A stretch of 64,000 nucleotides of DNA from an uncultured Verrucomicrobiae bacterium (GTDB lineage: Bacteria > Verrucomicrobiota > Verrucomicrobiia > Chthoniobacterales > JAFAMB01): NCBI GenBank assembly GCA_963762565.1, contig CAVXLD010000001.1, positions 736,001-800,000 of the forward strand. The letters are read 5' to 3'. Within the stretch, counting starts at the first letter, position 1, and each line of letters starts with the position of its first letter. Shown in pieces: positions 18,389-27,879 of this stretch. The notes beneath the pieces were generated by a model. The model saw only the letters and a list, made by a program, of their open reading frames with translations. It did no database searches and was not told the origin of the DNA. The position numbers and the translations under genes were made by a program.

Positions 18389-21300
18389 TTACGGGTCGGT
18401 TAACTCCTCTTCGCCAGCGATACTCGATGAGATTCGACGGCCTAAACGGTCGAGTGCTAGATAGATTACCGGCGTCGTAAATAGAGTCAGGACTTGGCTC
18501 AACAGGAGACCACCGACAATAGAAATCCCTAGCGGTCGCCGAAGCTCGGATCCGGTGCCGGTTCCCAGCATCAGGGGCAACGCTCCGAATAAAGCCGCCA
18601 GCGTCGTCATCATGATTGGACGGAACCGAAGCAGACACGCTTCGTAAATTGCCTCCTGGGGCGCCTTACCATGATCGCGTTGCGCTTCTAGAGCAAAATC
18701 GACCATCATGATCGCGTTCTTCTTCACGATGCCGATTAACAATAGAATGCCGACGATTCCCATCACGTCGAGCCCGCAACCAGTGAACATCAGGGCCAGC
18801 AAAGCTCCCACCCCCGCCGAAGGCAGGGTAGACAGGATGGTAATTGGATGAATGAAGCTCTCGTAAAGAACACCTAGGATGATGTACATTGTCACGATCG
18901 CGGCGATGAGTAGAAAAATCTCGTTGTTAAGGGAAGACTCGAAGGCCGAGGTAGCCCCCCGAAAGTTTGCGATGAAGCCGTCCGGTAATTTTATCGCCTT
19001 TTGAGCCTCTCGAATTTTGCTTACGGCATCTCCTAACGACGCACCTGGTGCTAAGTTGAACGAGATAGTTGCCGCTGGGAACTGGCCTAAATGCTCAATC
19101 CGTAAGGGAGTGTGCTTCACCGAGACGGTGGAGATAGCAGATAAAGGCACCTGGCCCGCCCCGGACGTCGTGCTGGTGGAAGTAACTGAGCTAGGCACAT
19201 AAATTGAGCCAAGCGAATCCAACCCGCCTTGCAGATCAGGAGCCGCCTCAAGGATTACCCGGTACTGATTCGACTGGGTGAATATCGTGGAAGCGATTCG
19301 CTGACCGAAGGAGTCATACAACGCGTTGTCTACTGTTGCGGCAGTTACTCCAAACCGGGCGGCGCTTTTTCTATCGATAACGATATCCGCTGTCAAGCCG
19401 CTCTGTTGCAGGTCGCTGGCCAGGTCGGTAATCTCGGGAATACCTTGCAACTGGGTGATCAATTTTGGTACCCAAATGTTCAGTTGGTTTAGATCCGCAT
19501 TCTCTAGAACAAACTGATATTGGGTGGCGCTAACGGTAGTATCGGTGGTTAAATCCTGGACCGGCTGTAGGAAAAGAGTGATCCCTTCCACTCCCTGCAC
19601 TTCTTGCTCGATACGCCGGGCAATTTCTTGAGAGGTCAGGCGCCGTTCGTCATGGGGCTTTAGGCTGATCAGAAACCGCCCGTTATTTACAGTGGTGTTA
19701 GCGCCATCGACGCCCACGAACGAGGATAAGTTGACCACATCAGGATCTTTTAGAATCTCTTTTGCCAATGCGCTCTGCCGCCTGACCATGGCGGAATAAG
19801 AGGTTGACTGAGACGACTGGGTAACACCTTCGATCAATCCAGTGTCTTGGACTGGGAAAAATCCTTTCGGGACGACAATGTAAAGCCAGACGGTAAGCCC
19901 TAGCGTAGCGAACGCGACTACGAGTGTCAGACCCTGGTGACGCAGGACCAAGGTCAACATCCGTCCATACTGCCTGATCATTGTGCCGACGGTTTGCTCA
20001 CTCAACCTTTCGAATCCTCCAGTCGGCTTGTGGTGGCGCAGCATTTTGGCGCACATCATCGGCACCAGGGTTAACGATATAACCGCCGACAAAACGATGG
20101 TTACAACGGAGGTAACCGAGAATTCGTGAAAGAGACGCCCAATCACGTCGCTCATAAAGAGCAAAGGAAAATGGACTGCGATCAAAGAGATAGTAAGCGA
20201 AACAATGGTGAAACCGATCTGTTTGGAGCCTTTGAGCGCCGCTTCCAAAGGGGTGTCCCCCATCTCGATGTATCGGCTGATGTTTTCGATCACCACAATG
20301 GCGTCATCGACGACGAACCCGGTCGCAATCGTGAAAGCCATTAGTGAGAGGTTATCGAGATTAAAATGGAGCAGATACATCACCGATAACGTCCCAACCA
20401 ACGAAAGGGGGACAGATAAGCTCGGAATGATGGTGGCGCGCAGATTGCGTAGAAACAGAAAGACCACTAGCACAACCAGCGCCACGGAAAGACAGAGCTC
20501 AAACTCGACGTCCTTCACCGAGGCCCTGATCGTGACCGTCCGGTCCGTAAGCACCGAAACCTGGACTGCGGCCGGGAGCGTCGCCTCCAGCGTCGGCAAC
20601 AGCCTCTTGATGTCGTCTACGACGCTAATCACATTCGCGCTCGGTTGGCGCTGCACTTCTAAGATAATTGCCGGCGTCGTATCGACCCAGGAACCGAGCT
20701 TGGTGTTCTCGGCTGTCTCCGCAACATCCGCGACATCCCGCATCCGCACGGGCCTCCCATTCTTGTAAGCAATGATCGAGTCCATGTACTCCTGTGGGTC
20801 ATGCAACTGATCATTCGCATTGATGGTGTACGATTGAGATGGACCGTCAAAACTCCCCTTTGGTGTGTTGACGTTTAGATTGCTGATGGTGGTGCGGAGA
20901 TCGTCAATGTTCAGGCCGTAGGCAGCCAATGCTTGCAACTTCGCTTGAATTCGTACTGAAGGCCTGTGACCGGTACTAACTTGAACTAAGCCGACCCCTG
21001 GGATTTGCGACATTTTCTGAGCGAGCCGGGTGTCGGCCATATCCGCCACCTCAGGCAGCGGCAAAGTCTTCGAGGTCAGCGCTAGAGTCAGCACCGGAGC
21101 ATCCGCGGGATTTACTTTGGCGTAGATAGGAGGAGCCGGTAAATCAGACGGAAGGAGATTGTTGGCTGCGTTGATAGCGGCCTGCACTTCTTGCTCAGCG
21201 ATATCGAGATTTAAGCTGAGACTAAACCTTAGGGTTATGATCGATGCTCCCACAGAACTCGAAGACGACATTTCCTCCAGGCTGGGCATCTGTCCTAACT

Positions 21301-21508
21301 GCCTTTCGAGTGGCGCTGTGACCGAAGTGGTCATCACCTCTGCGCTGGCGCCAGGATAAAACGTCTGAATCTGAATGGTCGGGTAGTCGACTTCCGGGAG
21401 AGCGGAAATAGGAAGGAAACTGTAAGCGACCAGTCCCGCGAGCAGGATCGCGACCATCAGCAGCGAGGTCGCAACCGGCCGGAGTATGAACAAACGGGAA
21501 GGATTCAT
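18389..21508 (-). CDS. mdtB: RND multidrug efflux permease MdtB-like
   Basis: [47 protein letters not shown]. Confidence 0.92.
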   Translation of the reverse strand: MNPSRLFILRPVATSLLMVAILLAGLVAYSFLPISALPEVDYPTIQIQTFYPGASAEVMTTSVTAPLERQLGQMPSLEEMSSSSSVGASIITLRFSLSLNLDIAEQEVQAAINAANNLLPSDLPAPPIYAKVNPADAPVLTLALTSKTLPLPEVADMADTRLAQKMSQIPGVGLVQVSTGHRPSVRIQAKLQALAAYGLNIDDLRTTISNLNVNTPKGSFDGPSQSYTINANDQLHDPQEYMDSIIAYKNGRPVRMRDVADVAETAENTKLGSWVDTTPAIILEVQRQPSANVISVVDDIKRLLPTLEATLPAAVQVSVLTDRTVTIRASVKDVEFELCLSVALVVLVVFLFLRNLRATIIPSLSVPLSLVGTLSVMYLLHFNLDNLSLMAFTIATGFVVDDAIVVIENISRYIEMGDTPLEAALKGSKQIGFTIVSLTISLIAVHFPLLFMSDVIGRLFHEFSVTSVVTIVLSAVISLTLVPMMCAKMLRHHKPTGGFERLSEQTVGTMIRQYGRMLTLVLRHQGLTLVVAFATLGLTVWLYIVVPKGFFPVQDTGLIEGVTQSSQSTSYSAMVRRQSALAKEILKDPDVVNLSSFVGVDGANTTVNNGRFLISLKPHDERRLTSQEIARRIEQEVQGVEGITLFLQPVQDLTTDTTVSATQYQFVLENADLNQLNIWVPKLITQLQGIPEITDLASDLQQSGLTADIVIDRKSAARFGVTAATVDNALYDSFGQRIASTIFTQSNQYRVILEAAPDLQGGLDSLGSIYVPSSVTSTSTTSGAGQVPLSAISTVSVKHTPLRIEHLGQFPAATISFNLAPGASLGDAVSKIREAQKAIKLPDGFIANFRGATSAFESSLNNEIFLLIAAIVTMYIILGVLYESFIHPITILSTLPSAGVGALLALMFTGCGLDVMGIVGILLLIGIVKKNAIMMVDFALEAQRDHGKAPQEAIYEACLLRFRPIMMTTLAALFGALPLMLGTGTGSELRRPLGISIVGGLLLSQVLTLFTTPVIYLALDRLGRRISSSIAGEEELTDP

Positions 21509-21525
21509 CTAGTCGGGAGTCATCC

Positions 21526-21787
21526 ACAACCGCGAATACACACGAATGGACACGAATAAAAGACTCTAACCGCGGATGAACGCAGATTGACGCAGATGAG
21601 ACATGCCGAACAGGTTCTTCATTCGAAAAACGTGGCAACACCAGGACATCTTCTCTCAACTATCGAAAGACGCTGCGGATCCTCTTTCTCAACCACCGCT
21701 AGTGTGCGGGTATTCTATCTGTGTCAATCTGCGTTCATTGTGGTTGCCGGCCTTTGTTCGCATGCATTCGCGTCAATTCGTGGTTGT
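21526..21787. mobile_element. Two nested decamer-repeat palindromic cassettes (CACGAAT-type outer, CGCAGAT-type inner)
   Basis: Outer arms ACAACCGCGAATACACACGAATGGACACGAAT / TTCGCATGCATTCGCGTCAATTCGTGGTTGT. Inner arms 21568-21597 / 21717-21745. Confidence 0.7.
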
Positions 21788-23125
21788 TTCCGTTGGTCGT
21801 TTTCGTTGCTCGTTGCTGCCGCCGTTTCCGTTCCAATTCCGATGATGTTCTCTTGGTGATCCACCTGGCCGGTCCGGCGGTTGATGTGGTCTGCCTGCCG
21901 GGTCATCTAGGGGAGGCTTGCCGGGGAGTTGCACTTTCGCCCCGTCGTACAATCGGTCGACACCGTCAGTAATTACGGTTTCTCCTAACTCGAGCCCGGA
22001 TAGGATGGCGGTTCGCTGGGCATCGGCCGGTCCGGTCTTGACCACCCGAATCGAGACAGTGGAATTGGGATTCACTACATATACATAAGAGCCCGGTGCT
22101 CCTAACTGGATAGCAGCCGTCGGAACCACGATTGCATCCTTAAGTGTATCGACCAGAAGTCGCGCGTTAACGAATTGTTGAGGGAAAAGTTCCTCTTTGT
22201 CATTCGGAAACATCGCTCTCAGTTTTACCGTTCCCGTTGACGTATCTACCTGATTGTCAGTTGTGGCTAGCGTACCACTGGTGATTTCAGTTGTGTCGGA
22301 CCGGTCATACGCCGTTACCGCTAAGGTAGCGCCGCTACGAAGGCGCTTGATCACTTGCGAGATCTTATCTTCCGGGATGGTGAAGATAACTGACATCGGC
22401 TGCATTTGGGTAATAACCACAATGCCGTTAGTGTCACTGGTCTGCACATAATTACCTTCGTCGACTTGGCGGATCCCAACGAGGCCGTCAACCGGTGACT
22501 CAATGTGGCAGTAAACCAGGTTGACCTTGGCCGTATCGATTTGTGCCTGATCGACGAGAACGTTCCCTTCATCTTGCTTCACGGTGGCTTGCTGAGTGTC
22601 CACCTGCTGAAACGCGATTGAATCCTGGGCCGCAAGCTTCTGATACCGAGCCAGATCTAATTTTGCGTCCGCTAACAGCGCCTGATCTCGAACGAGTTGG
22701 CCCTGATATTGTTCAAGCTGCGCCTGGTAGATACGCGGATCGATCTGGGCCAGAAAATCACCCTTCCTAACCAGTTGTCCTTCCTTAAACGCAATCTGAG
22801 TTAGTTGCCCATTGATCTGCGTCTTCACTGTGACGGTGGCCAGCGGAGTCACTGTCCCCAGCCCTTCGAAGATGATGGGGATGTCGCCCTTTTCCGCGAC
22901 CGCGATCCCAACCGGCATCACCGAGTTCATAAAGGCGTGCCGGCCAAATTGGGCCGGCTGTTGCTGCTGACCCAGACGCGGCCGAATAACCCAGAACCAC
23001 AATGCCCCCAAGCCCAGCAAAATCAGGGCGAACACCAGAAGCCGTGCTCTAACCTTCGGTTTCCGAGGTGGCGGCGATGGCGGGGAAGGCTTTAATTGAG
23101 TTGGCTGGGTTATCTGCGTGCTCAT
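21773..23125 (-). CDS. mdtA: RND periplasmic adaptor MdtA-like
   Basis: N-terminal TM, GLGTVTPLATVTVKTQINGQL, LAQIDPR, IESPVDGLVGIRQVDEGN, DNQVDTSTGTVKLRA. Confidence 0.92.
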   Translation of the reverse strand: MSTQITQPTQLKPSPPSPPPRKPKVRARLLVFALILLGLGALWFWVIRPRLGQQQQPAQFGRHAFMNSVMPVGIAVAEKGDIPIIFEGLGTVTPLATVTVKTQINGQLTQIAFKEGQLVRKGDFLAQIDPRIYQAQLEQYQGQLVRDQALLADAKLDLARYQKLAAQDSIAFQQVDTQQATVKQDEGNVLVDQAQIDTAKVNLVYCHIESPVDGLVGIRQVDEGNYVQTSDTNGIVVITQMQPMSVIFTIPEDKISQVIKRLRSGATLAVTAYDRSDTTEITSGTLATTDNQVDTSTGTVKLRAMFPNDKEELFPQQFVNARLLVDTLKDAIVVPTAAIQLGAPGSYVYVVNPNSTVSIRVVKTGPADAQRTAILSGLELGETVITDGVDRLYDGAKVQLPGKPPLDDPAGRPHQPPDRPGGSPREHHRNWNGNGGSNEQRKRPTETTTN

Positions 23126-23326
23126 CCTCGTCTGGCGCTCGAATCGCGGCCGCTCAAAACCTGTTCGTTAATTGCCCATTTTACAGCAATTTCAAAGCGA
23201 TTTTCCCGAAACAAGCCTTGGAGAAACCAGTCACATCGATGACGTGAAAGCCCTCGGTAGGACACGACTTTACGATAAACGGTACGATCATAGGGATAAA
23301 AGGCCGGGAATCTGGTAGGGCGAGGC

Positions 23327-23793
23327 TCAGCTTCGCCCTAGATCCTCCGCGAGTGACGCATAGCCCTCCGCCTTCAGCTTCTCTACTTGCTTCTGGTCAG
23401 AGGACTGACGCAGAACGGCAGGACTGAGAGCGGTATTTTCGGAGCTCTTAGCGGTTATCATCGACCAACGGCCGGAAGCGACGTCGATCAACGCGGCACG
23501 CACATTGATCCGCATCCGCTGGGTTTGGTCAGGTATAAGACTCCCGGCGATTCGCCCCGATCGTTATCTCCCGGCGGTAGTCCGGAAAATCCCTGGACCC
23601 GATAGCCGAGATGGTTCAAAGCGTCAACCATAGCACCATCCGGCGCGATTGCTCCAGACTGGATCACCAGCAGTCGGAAATTGAACGGGTCTCGCAGCCC
23701 GTTAGAAACAATACCGGCGTCACGATGACCGCGACGACTCGTAAAGAGGGCTTCTTCATCGGCAGTTAGATGTAATATTAGAAGCTCAGTCAA
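23327..23793 (-). pseudogene. Probable remnant of a hypothetical protein gene split over two frames
   Basis: Two overlapping ORFs with protein-like segments (LLVIQSGAIAPDGAMV...FSGLP; MRINVRAALIDVASGRWS...SDQKQVEKLK). No clear start. Family not securely identified. Confidence 0.4.
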
Positions 23794-23815
23794 AGACCAA
23801 GCTCTAAAAGGGAGA

Positions 23816-24037
23816 AGTTCAGGAGTTCAAGGAGTCGCAGGAGTTCAGGAACCTGCTCGCTAACAACCTACCAGCAACCTTGGAGACAGTTGGTTTGCGG
23901 GAACCTTTTATTCTCGTAATTTTCTGTTTCGCGCAGCCTGAACTCCTGAACTCCTGAACTCCTGAACTCCTGAACTCCTGAACTCCTGAACTCCTGAACT
24001 CCTGAACTCCTGAACTCCTTGAACTCCTTGAACTCCT
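23816..24037. repeat. Inverted octamer cassette: AGTTCAGG arm and (CCTGAACT)10(CCTTGAACT)2 arm
   Basis: Left arm 23816-23850. Perfect 8-mer array 23937-24016 followed by two 9-mer variants. A single arm of the same family is at 59198-59222. Confidence 0.9.
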
Positions 24038-24777
24038 CCATCAGCTCCCTGCGGCAACGATGGACTATCTGGCAATCCATCGAAACAGTCGGGATAAAAA
24101 CCGGCGAGATTTTGCTGTCCTTCGACGACGGCCCGAATCCGATTGACAACACAACTGCCCGATTACTCGACGTTTTAGGACAAGAGACGGTTCGCGCTGC
24201 TTTTTGCGTTTGTGGCAAATCCGTTCGCGAGGCGCCGGAACTTGTACGTTGGATGATGAGCGACGGGCATTTAATTGTTAACCACAGCTATTGGCACCAG
24301 CCGTTAGCGGCGCTTTCGGAAAAGGCCCTGAAGAAAGAAATCAACGATTGCGATGCCACCATAGCCGGCGCCGGGCATAACCCTTCGTTCAAAACTCAAT
24401 TTTTCCGGCCGGCTTGCGGCTGGCGCACCCCTATAATCGATCGGGTACTACCGCGGCTGGAAAAGCAGTTATTCCCAATCACCGACTTTGGGTTCGACAC
24501 AAGCATAACGCGCCATAATTACCCCGAATGGGTTGATCGAACCGTGCACGCAGCCAAGCGCGACCGAGGTGGTCTCTTCGTCTTACACGATCGCCGTCTG
24601 CGCTTTTGGGGCGAGCGTTTCTACGATCCTACAGACAAAGATAGCAGTGCCTATCGTGGGTGGGTACCGGATGCGGCGGCGCTGCTGATTAGGCGGTGTA
24701 GAGCAGAGGGATTTAGCTTCGCGGATCCGCACGGCTTTGCGGGTTCTTTGGTAGGGCGAGGCTCCCGAATGGCGTGA
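24019..24777 (+). CDS. Polysaccharide deacetylase (NodB/CE4 family), start uncertain
   Basis: LSFDDGP, NHSYWH, FFRPACG, VLHD motifs. The TTG start lies inside the tandem repeat and the stop lies inside a REP arm. Confidence 0.85.
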   Translation: MNSLNSSISSLRQRWTIWQSIETVGIKTGEILLSFDDGPNPIDNTTARLLDVLGQETVRAAFCVCGKSVREAPELVRWMMSDGHLIVNHSYWHQPLAALSEKALKKEINDCDATIAGAGHNPSFKTQFFRPACGWRTPIIDRVLPRLEKQLFPITDFGFDTSITRHNYPEWVDRTVHAAKRDRGGLFVLHDRRLRFWGERFYDPTDKDSSAYRGWVPDAAALLIRRCRAEGFSFADPHGFAGSLVGRGSRMA

Positions 24778-25387
24778 ATGCTTTCGCAAAGGGACCTGAG
24801 CTTTTATCCCTTCTATCATTCGCAACGCCGGTACGCTCGCCGAGCCGGACCCTGCGTGTGAAATCGTAGTCGTCCTCGTTCTCGTCCTCGATAGTGGCGT
24901 GGCACGTCGATGCGACACGCGATTGCCCAGCGCCTGGAGGGGAGCCGCTTAGGCGCGAACCTTTCCACCCTCGCGAATTTCGTCTCAACACTAGTCCGGC
25001 CGAAACGTGCAAAAACAGGCGGCTCCCGGGAATGACCCAGCGGTTCGCAGCTTTACGGCCGGGTGTAAACGATTCGGAGCCGCAGATAAAATCATTGCAT
25101 TGGGCTAATCCCGGGAGCCGCCTGTTGCGACATTTTTTAGTCGGATTGAGCGCTGAGACAACTATCGCGGGTCCGTCTGCTACGCGCCAAAGCGGCTCCC
25201 CTCCAGGCGCTGGGCAATCGCGTGTCGCATCGACGCGCCACGCCACATCGAGGACGAGGGGCCACATAATGATTTCACACGCTGGGTCCGGCTCGGCGCA
25301 TGCATCGGTGTTGCAACCCGATAGAACCCAATAAATCGACAGTCTTCGCGAACCCGTTCAGGCCTTTCGGGAGCCTCGCCCCACCAA
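24748..25387. repeat. Five-layer nested inverted-repeat complex
   Basis: Concentric arm pairs 24748-24778/25357-25387, 24822-24865/25271-25314, 24870-24892/25247-25259 and 24894-24935/25205-25246, around core 24936-25204. Confidence 0.85.
24936..25204. mobile_element. GGAGGGGAGCCGC REPIN/MITE-like element, copy A (long subfamily)
   Basis: GGAGGGGAGCCGCTT..AGGCGGCTCCCGGGA..TCCCGGGAGCCGCCT..AAGCGGCTCCCCTCC. Five copies in the window. Confidence 0.8.
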
Positions 25388-25430
25388 GCTGCTAGGCCGA
25401 AAACGCTACGCGCCGATACGCCGACACGCT

Positions 25431-26777
25431 TCAGGCCGGCCGGAATTTCGCCGTGAAATGCCGCAGAAACGGTGGTGCTTCCACGATCTCAAAACCGCGC
25501 AGCTCTTTCTTTCGGGCATTCACTTCCAAAATTGCTTCCACGAGATAGTCGATATGGCTCTGAGTATAAACCCGGCGCGGAATAGCCAGGCGCAAAAGCT
25601 CTTGTTGAGCTGCTTCCGCAAACATGACTGATCCGATCTCAACCGAGCGGACCCCGGCATGCCGATAGAGCTCAACCGCCAATGCTTGCCCGGGAAAGTG
25701 GCGCCTAGGAATATGAGGCAGCATTAAACCGGCATCGATGTAGATGGCATGCCCGCCCGGAGGTTCAACAATCGGTACACCACCGTCCGCGATGTGGCGC
25801 CCGAGATATCCCGTGGACACGATGCGGTATTCCAGGTACTCCGGCTGGAGGACCTCTTCCAGACCGACAGCAATAGCATCCAGGTCACGACCAGCTAGTC
25901 CTCCATAGGTCGGGAATCCTTCGGTCAGAATCAACAGATTCATTTCTTGTTCGGCCAGCAAATCGTCGTTGTTGCAAAGGAACCCGCCGATGTTGGCAAA
26001 CGCATCTTTCTTGGCAGAAAAAGTGCAGCCATCGGCCAACGAGAACATTTCGCACGCGATTTCGCGAGGTGACTTATCAGCATAGCCAGGCTCGCGTTCT
26101 TTAATGAACCAGGCATTCTCGGCGAATCGACAAGCATCGAGATAGAATGGAATTCCATACCGCTGCGTGACTTCACGGATCCCTCTGAGATTTGCGAGCG
26201 ATACTGGCTGCCCCCCGCCCGAGTTATTCGTGACCGTCACCATGACCAGCGGAATTTTCCCCGGTCCCTCCCTCTGAATAAGAGCCTCAAGAGCCTCGAC
26301 GTCGAGATTGCCTTTGAATGGGAGCCTTGCCTGAGTATCGGCGGCTTCTCGAATTGGCAGATCGACCGCCTTTGCCCCCATGAATTCGATATTGGCGCGA
26401 GTAGTATCAAAATGGGTATTATTCGGGACCATCTGCCCCGGCTTACAAAGCGTTGAGAACAAGATGCGCTCGGCAGCGCGACCTTGGTGAGTAGGAATCA
26501 CATGGCGAAACCCGGTAAGGCCCTGTACGACCTTCTTCAGCCGGAAAAAGCTCTCGCTTCCCGCATACGACTCATCGCCCCGCATGATGGCTGCCCATTG
26601 CTCGGTCGACATCGCACTCGTGCCAGAATCAGTAAGCAAATCCAAAAGCACGTCAACGGCGCGAAGCCGGAAAAGATTATATCCAGCCTCCTGCAGTAAC
26701 ACTTCGCGTTGGGCTGGGGTGGTATAGGTGAGCGGTTCAACGCTTTTGATGCGAAAAGGTTCAATAATCGTTTTCAC
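25431..26777 (-). CDS. tnaA: Tryptophanase (beta-eliminating lyase family)
   Basis: EPFRIKSVE, DLLTDSGTSAMS, GDESYAGS, THQGRAAE, SAKKD (PLP Lys). C-terminal LRHFTA has His as in tryptophanase rather than the Phe of tyrosine phenol-lyase. Confidence 0.85.
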   Translation of the reverse strand: MKTIIEPFRIKSVEPLTYTTPAQREVLLQEAGYNLFRLRAVDVLLDLLTDSGTSAMSTEQWAAIMRGDESYAGSESFFRLKKVVQGLTGFRHVIPTHQGRAAERILFSTLCKPGQMVPNNTHFDTTRANIEFMGAKAVDLPIREAADTQARLPFKGNLDVEALEALIQREGPGKIPLVMVTVTNNSGGGQPVSLANLRGIREVTQRYGIPFYLDACRFAENAWFIKEREPGYADKSPREIACEMFSLADGCTFSAKKDAFANIGGFLCNNDDLLAEQEMNLLILTEGFPTYGGLAGRDLDAIAVGLEEVLQPEYLEYRIVSTGYLGRHIADGGVPIVEPPGGHAIYIDAGLMLPHIPRRHFPGQALAVELYRHAGVRSVEIGSVMFAEAAQQELLRLAIPRRVYTQSHIDYLVEAILEVNARKKELRGFEIVEAPPFLRHFTAKFRPA

Positions 26778-26840
26778 GGACTAGGCTTTCCCAACAAGGG
26801 CGCAAAGATCACAGAGGTTTTGGAAAAAGGAAGGAAATTG

Positions 26841-27227
26841 TCACGACTGCCAATCGGCAAGTTTCAGTCCTATAGACTTGAAAGGAAGAAAGTCACGATT
26901 ATCCAGCGTGAGAAACGTGGCGCTACGGTTAACCGCCGTAGCTGCGATCAAACAATCGGCCAAAGAACCTCGGCGCCGTCCTGTCGAATTAAAGAACTGT
27001 GCACCGAGTTCTGCTGCGAAACTCTCTAGCGGAACAGGAGCACCTTCAATCAATTGCCAGGAGAGCTCTCGTTCCTCGCTTGATAGGGGGCCACATAAAT
27101 ACTCCGCCCAGACCAGCACACTGCAGGAAACATGCTCCCCTGAGCGAACCCTTGATAAAAGCCAGGCACGAATCCGAGACCCAGGGGAGTGAATGTCGAT
27201 AAGACAATTCGTATCCAAATGAATCAT
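26841..27227 (-). CDS. PIN-domain toxin (VapC family)
   Basis: MIHLDTNCL, WAEY, SLADCLIAATA, LTLDNRDF. ATGA overlap with the antitoxin. Confidence 0.9.
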   Translation of the reverse strand: MIHLDTNCLIDIHSPGSRIRAWLLSRVRSGEHVSCSVLVWAEYLCGPLSSEERELSWQLIEGAPVPLESFAAELGAQFFNSTGRRRGSLADCLIAATAVNRSATFLTLDNRDFLPFKSIGLKLADWQS

Positions 27228-27514
27228 CGCCGACCGGGCCCTTGTGCTCGGCTCCAATCTTTTCGAAGCTGTCGCGCCGCAGCCAGACGGGTCCGCTTTT
27301 GCGCATCGGAAAGAAGGGGCTCCTGTGCCAGGTGCTCAAGTACGGCTACGGGCGTGCGGGCGGTTGTCTCCACCAGAGACCTCTCTTTAGCCTGTCGAAT
27401 CGCCTTGCGAACCACTTCCGATTTCGGAACGCCCCATTGTTCCGCCAGCTCTCGGATGGTGTCAGCCGTGAAGATATCGACCGTGAAGGTAAGCTTTACC
27501 ATATCAGATGCCAT
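27224..27514 (-). CDS. Ribbon-helix-helix (CopG-like) antitoxin
   Basis: VKLTFTVD...IRELAEQWGVPKSEVVRKAI RHH pattern, directly upstream of the PIN gene. Confidence 0.8.
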   Translation of the reverse strand: MASDMVKLTFTVDIFTADTIRELAEQWGVPKSEVVRKAIRQAKERSLVETTARTPVAVLEHLAQEPLLSDAQKRTRLAAARQLRKDWSRAQGPGRR

Positions 27515-27539
27515 ACTCACAATATGGCATCTACCCCAG

Positions 27540-27801
27540 TTGTCAAATCGCTATTCTGGACGCCCTCGAAGGTCCGCTGATAGCTTTGGATTTGACAGAG
27601 ATTCATCTCTGGGTTGGTGACCTGAACTGGGCGATTAACGCGCTTGAGACGCTCAGCGAGGTCCCCGGTGCATTAACCTACGGCGACTTGGTGCTGCCAG
27701 AATGGAATTCGTTGCGAAGTGATCCACGCTTTCAGAAGGTCTTGTCCGAGCTGAAACCGATCCCCATCGTGAATAGGCCGGAAGATCACAATAGCGAATA
27801 G
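27540..27801 (+). pseudogene. Orphan C-terminal fragment of a TPR-containing signalling protein
   Basis: LTEIHLWVGD...AINALE...LTYGDL..PEWNSLRSDPRFQKVL resembles the terminal W-x-x-L-R-x-D-P-R-F motif of large TolB-like/TPR kinase or cyclase proteins. The rest of the gene is absent. Confidence 0.6.
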
Positions 27802-27879
27802 CAGATCGCAAATAGCAAGTCTATCCAGCGGCGACTTAGCGAGCGAGACCGCTGGATTAGAGAAACGCCATTCAGTCTT

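Noticed and set aside
23937..24037. Tandem arrays (here and at 38165-38260, 13023-13102) as CRISPR arrays
   Set aside because: Units are 7-9 nt and contiguous, without unique 25-45-nt spacers. No cas genes in the window.
23868..24218. Minus-strand ORF with EFRSSGVQ repeats
   Set aside because: It is simply the translation of the CCTGAACT array and lies antisense to the deacetylase.
24583..25334. ORFs sharing QSGSPPG / GGEPL / RRLPG motifs (also near 45114-45826, 51763-52336, 61552-61905, 63051-63467) as a new protein family
   Set aside because: The motifs are translations of the conserved palindromic boxes. They appear on both strands and in varying frames, so conservation is at the DNA/RNA level.
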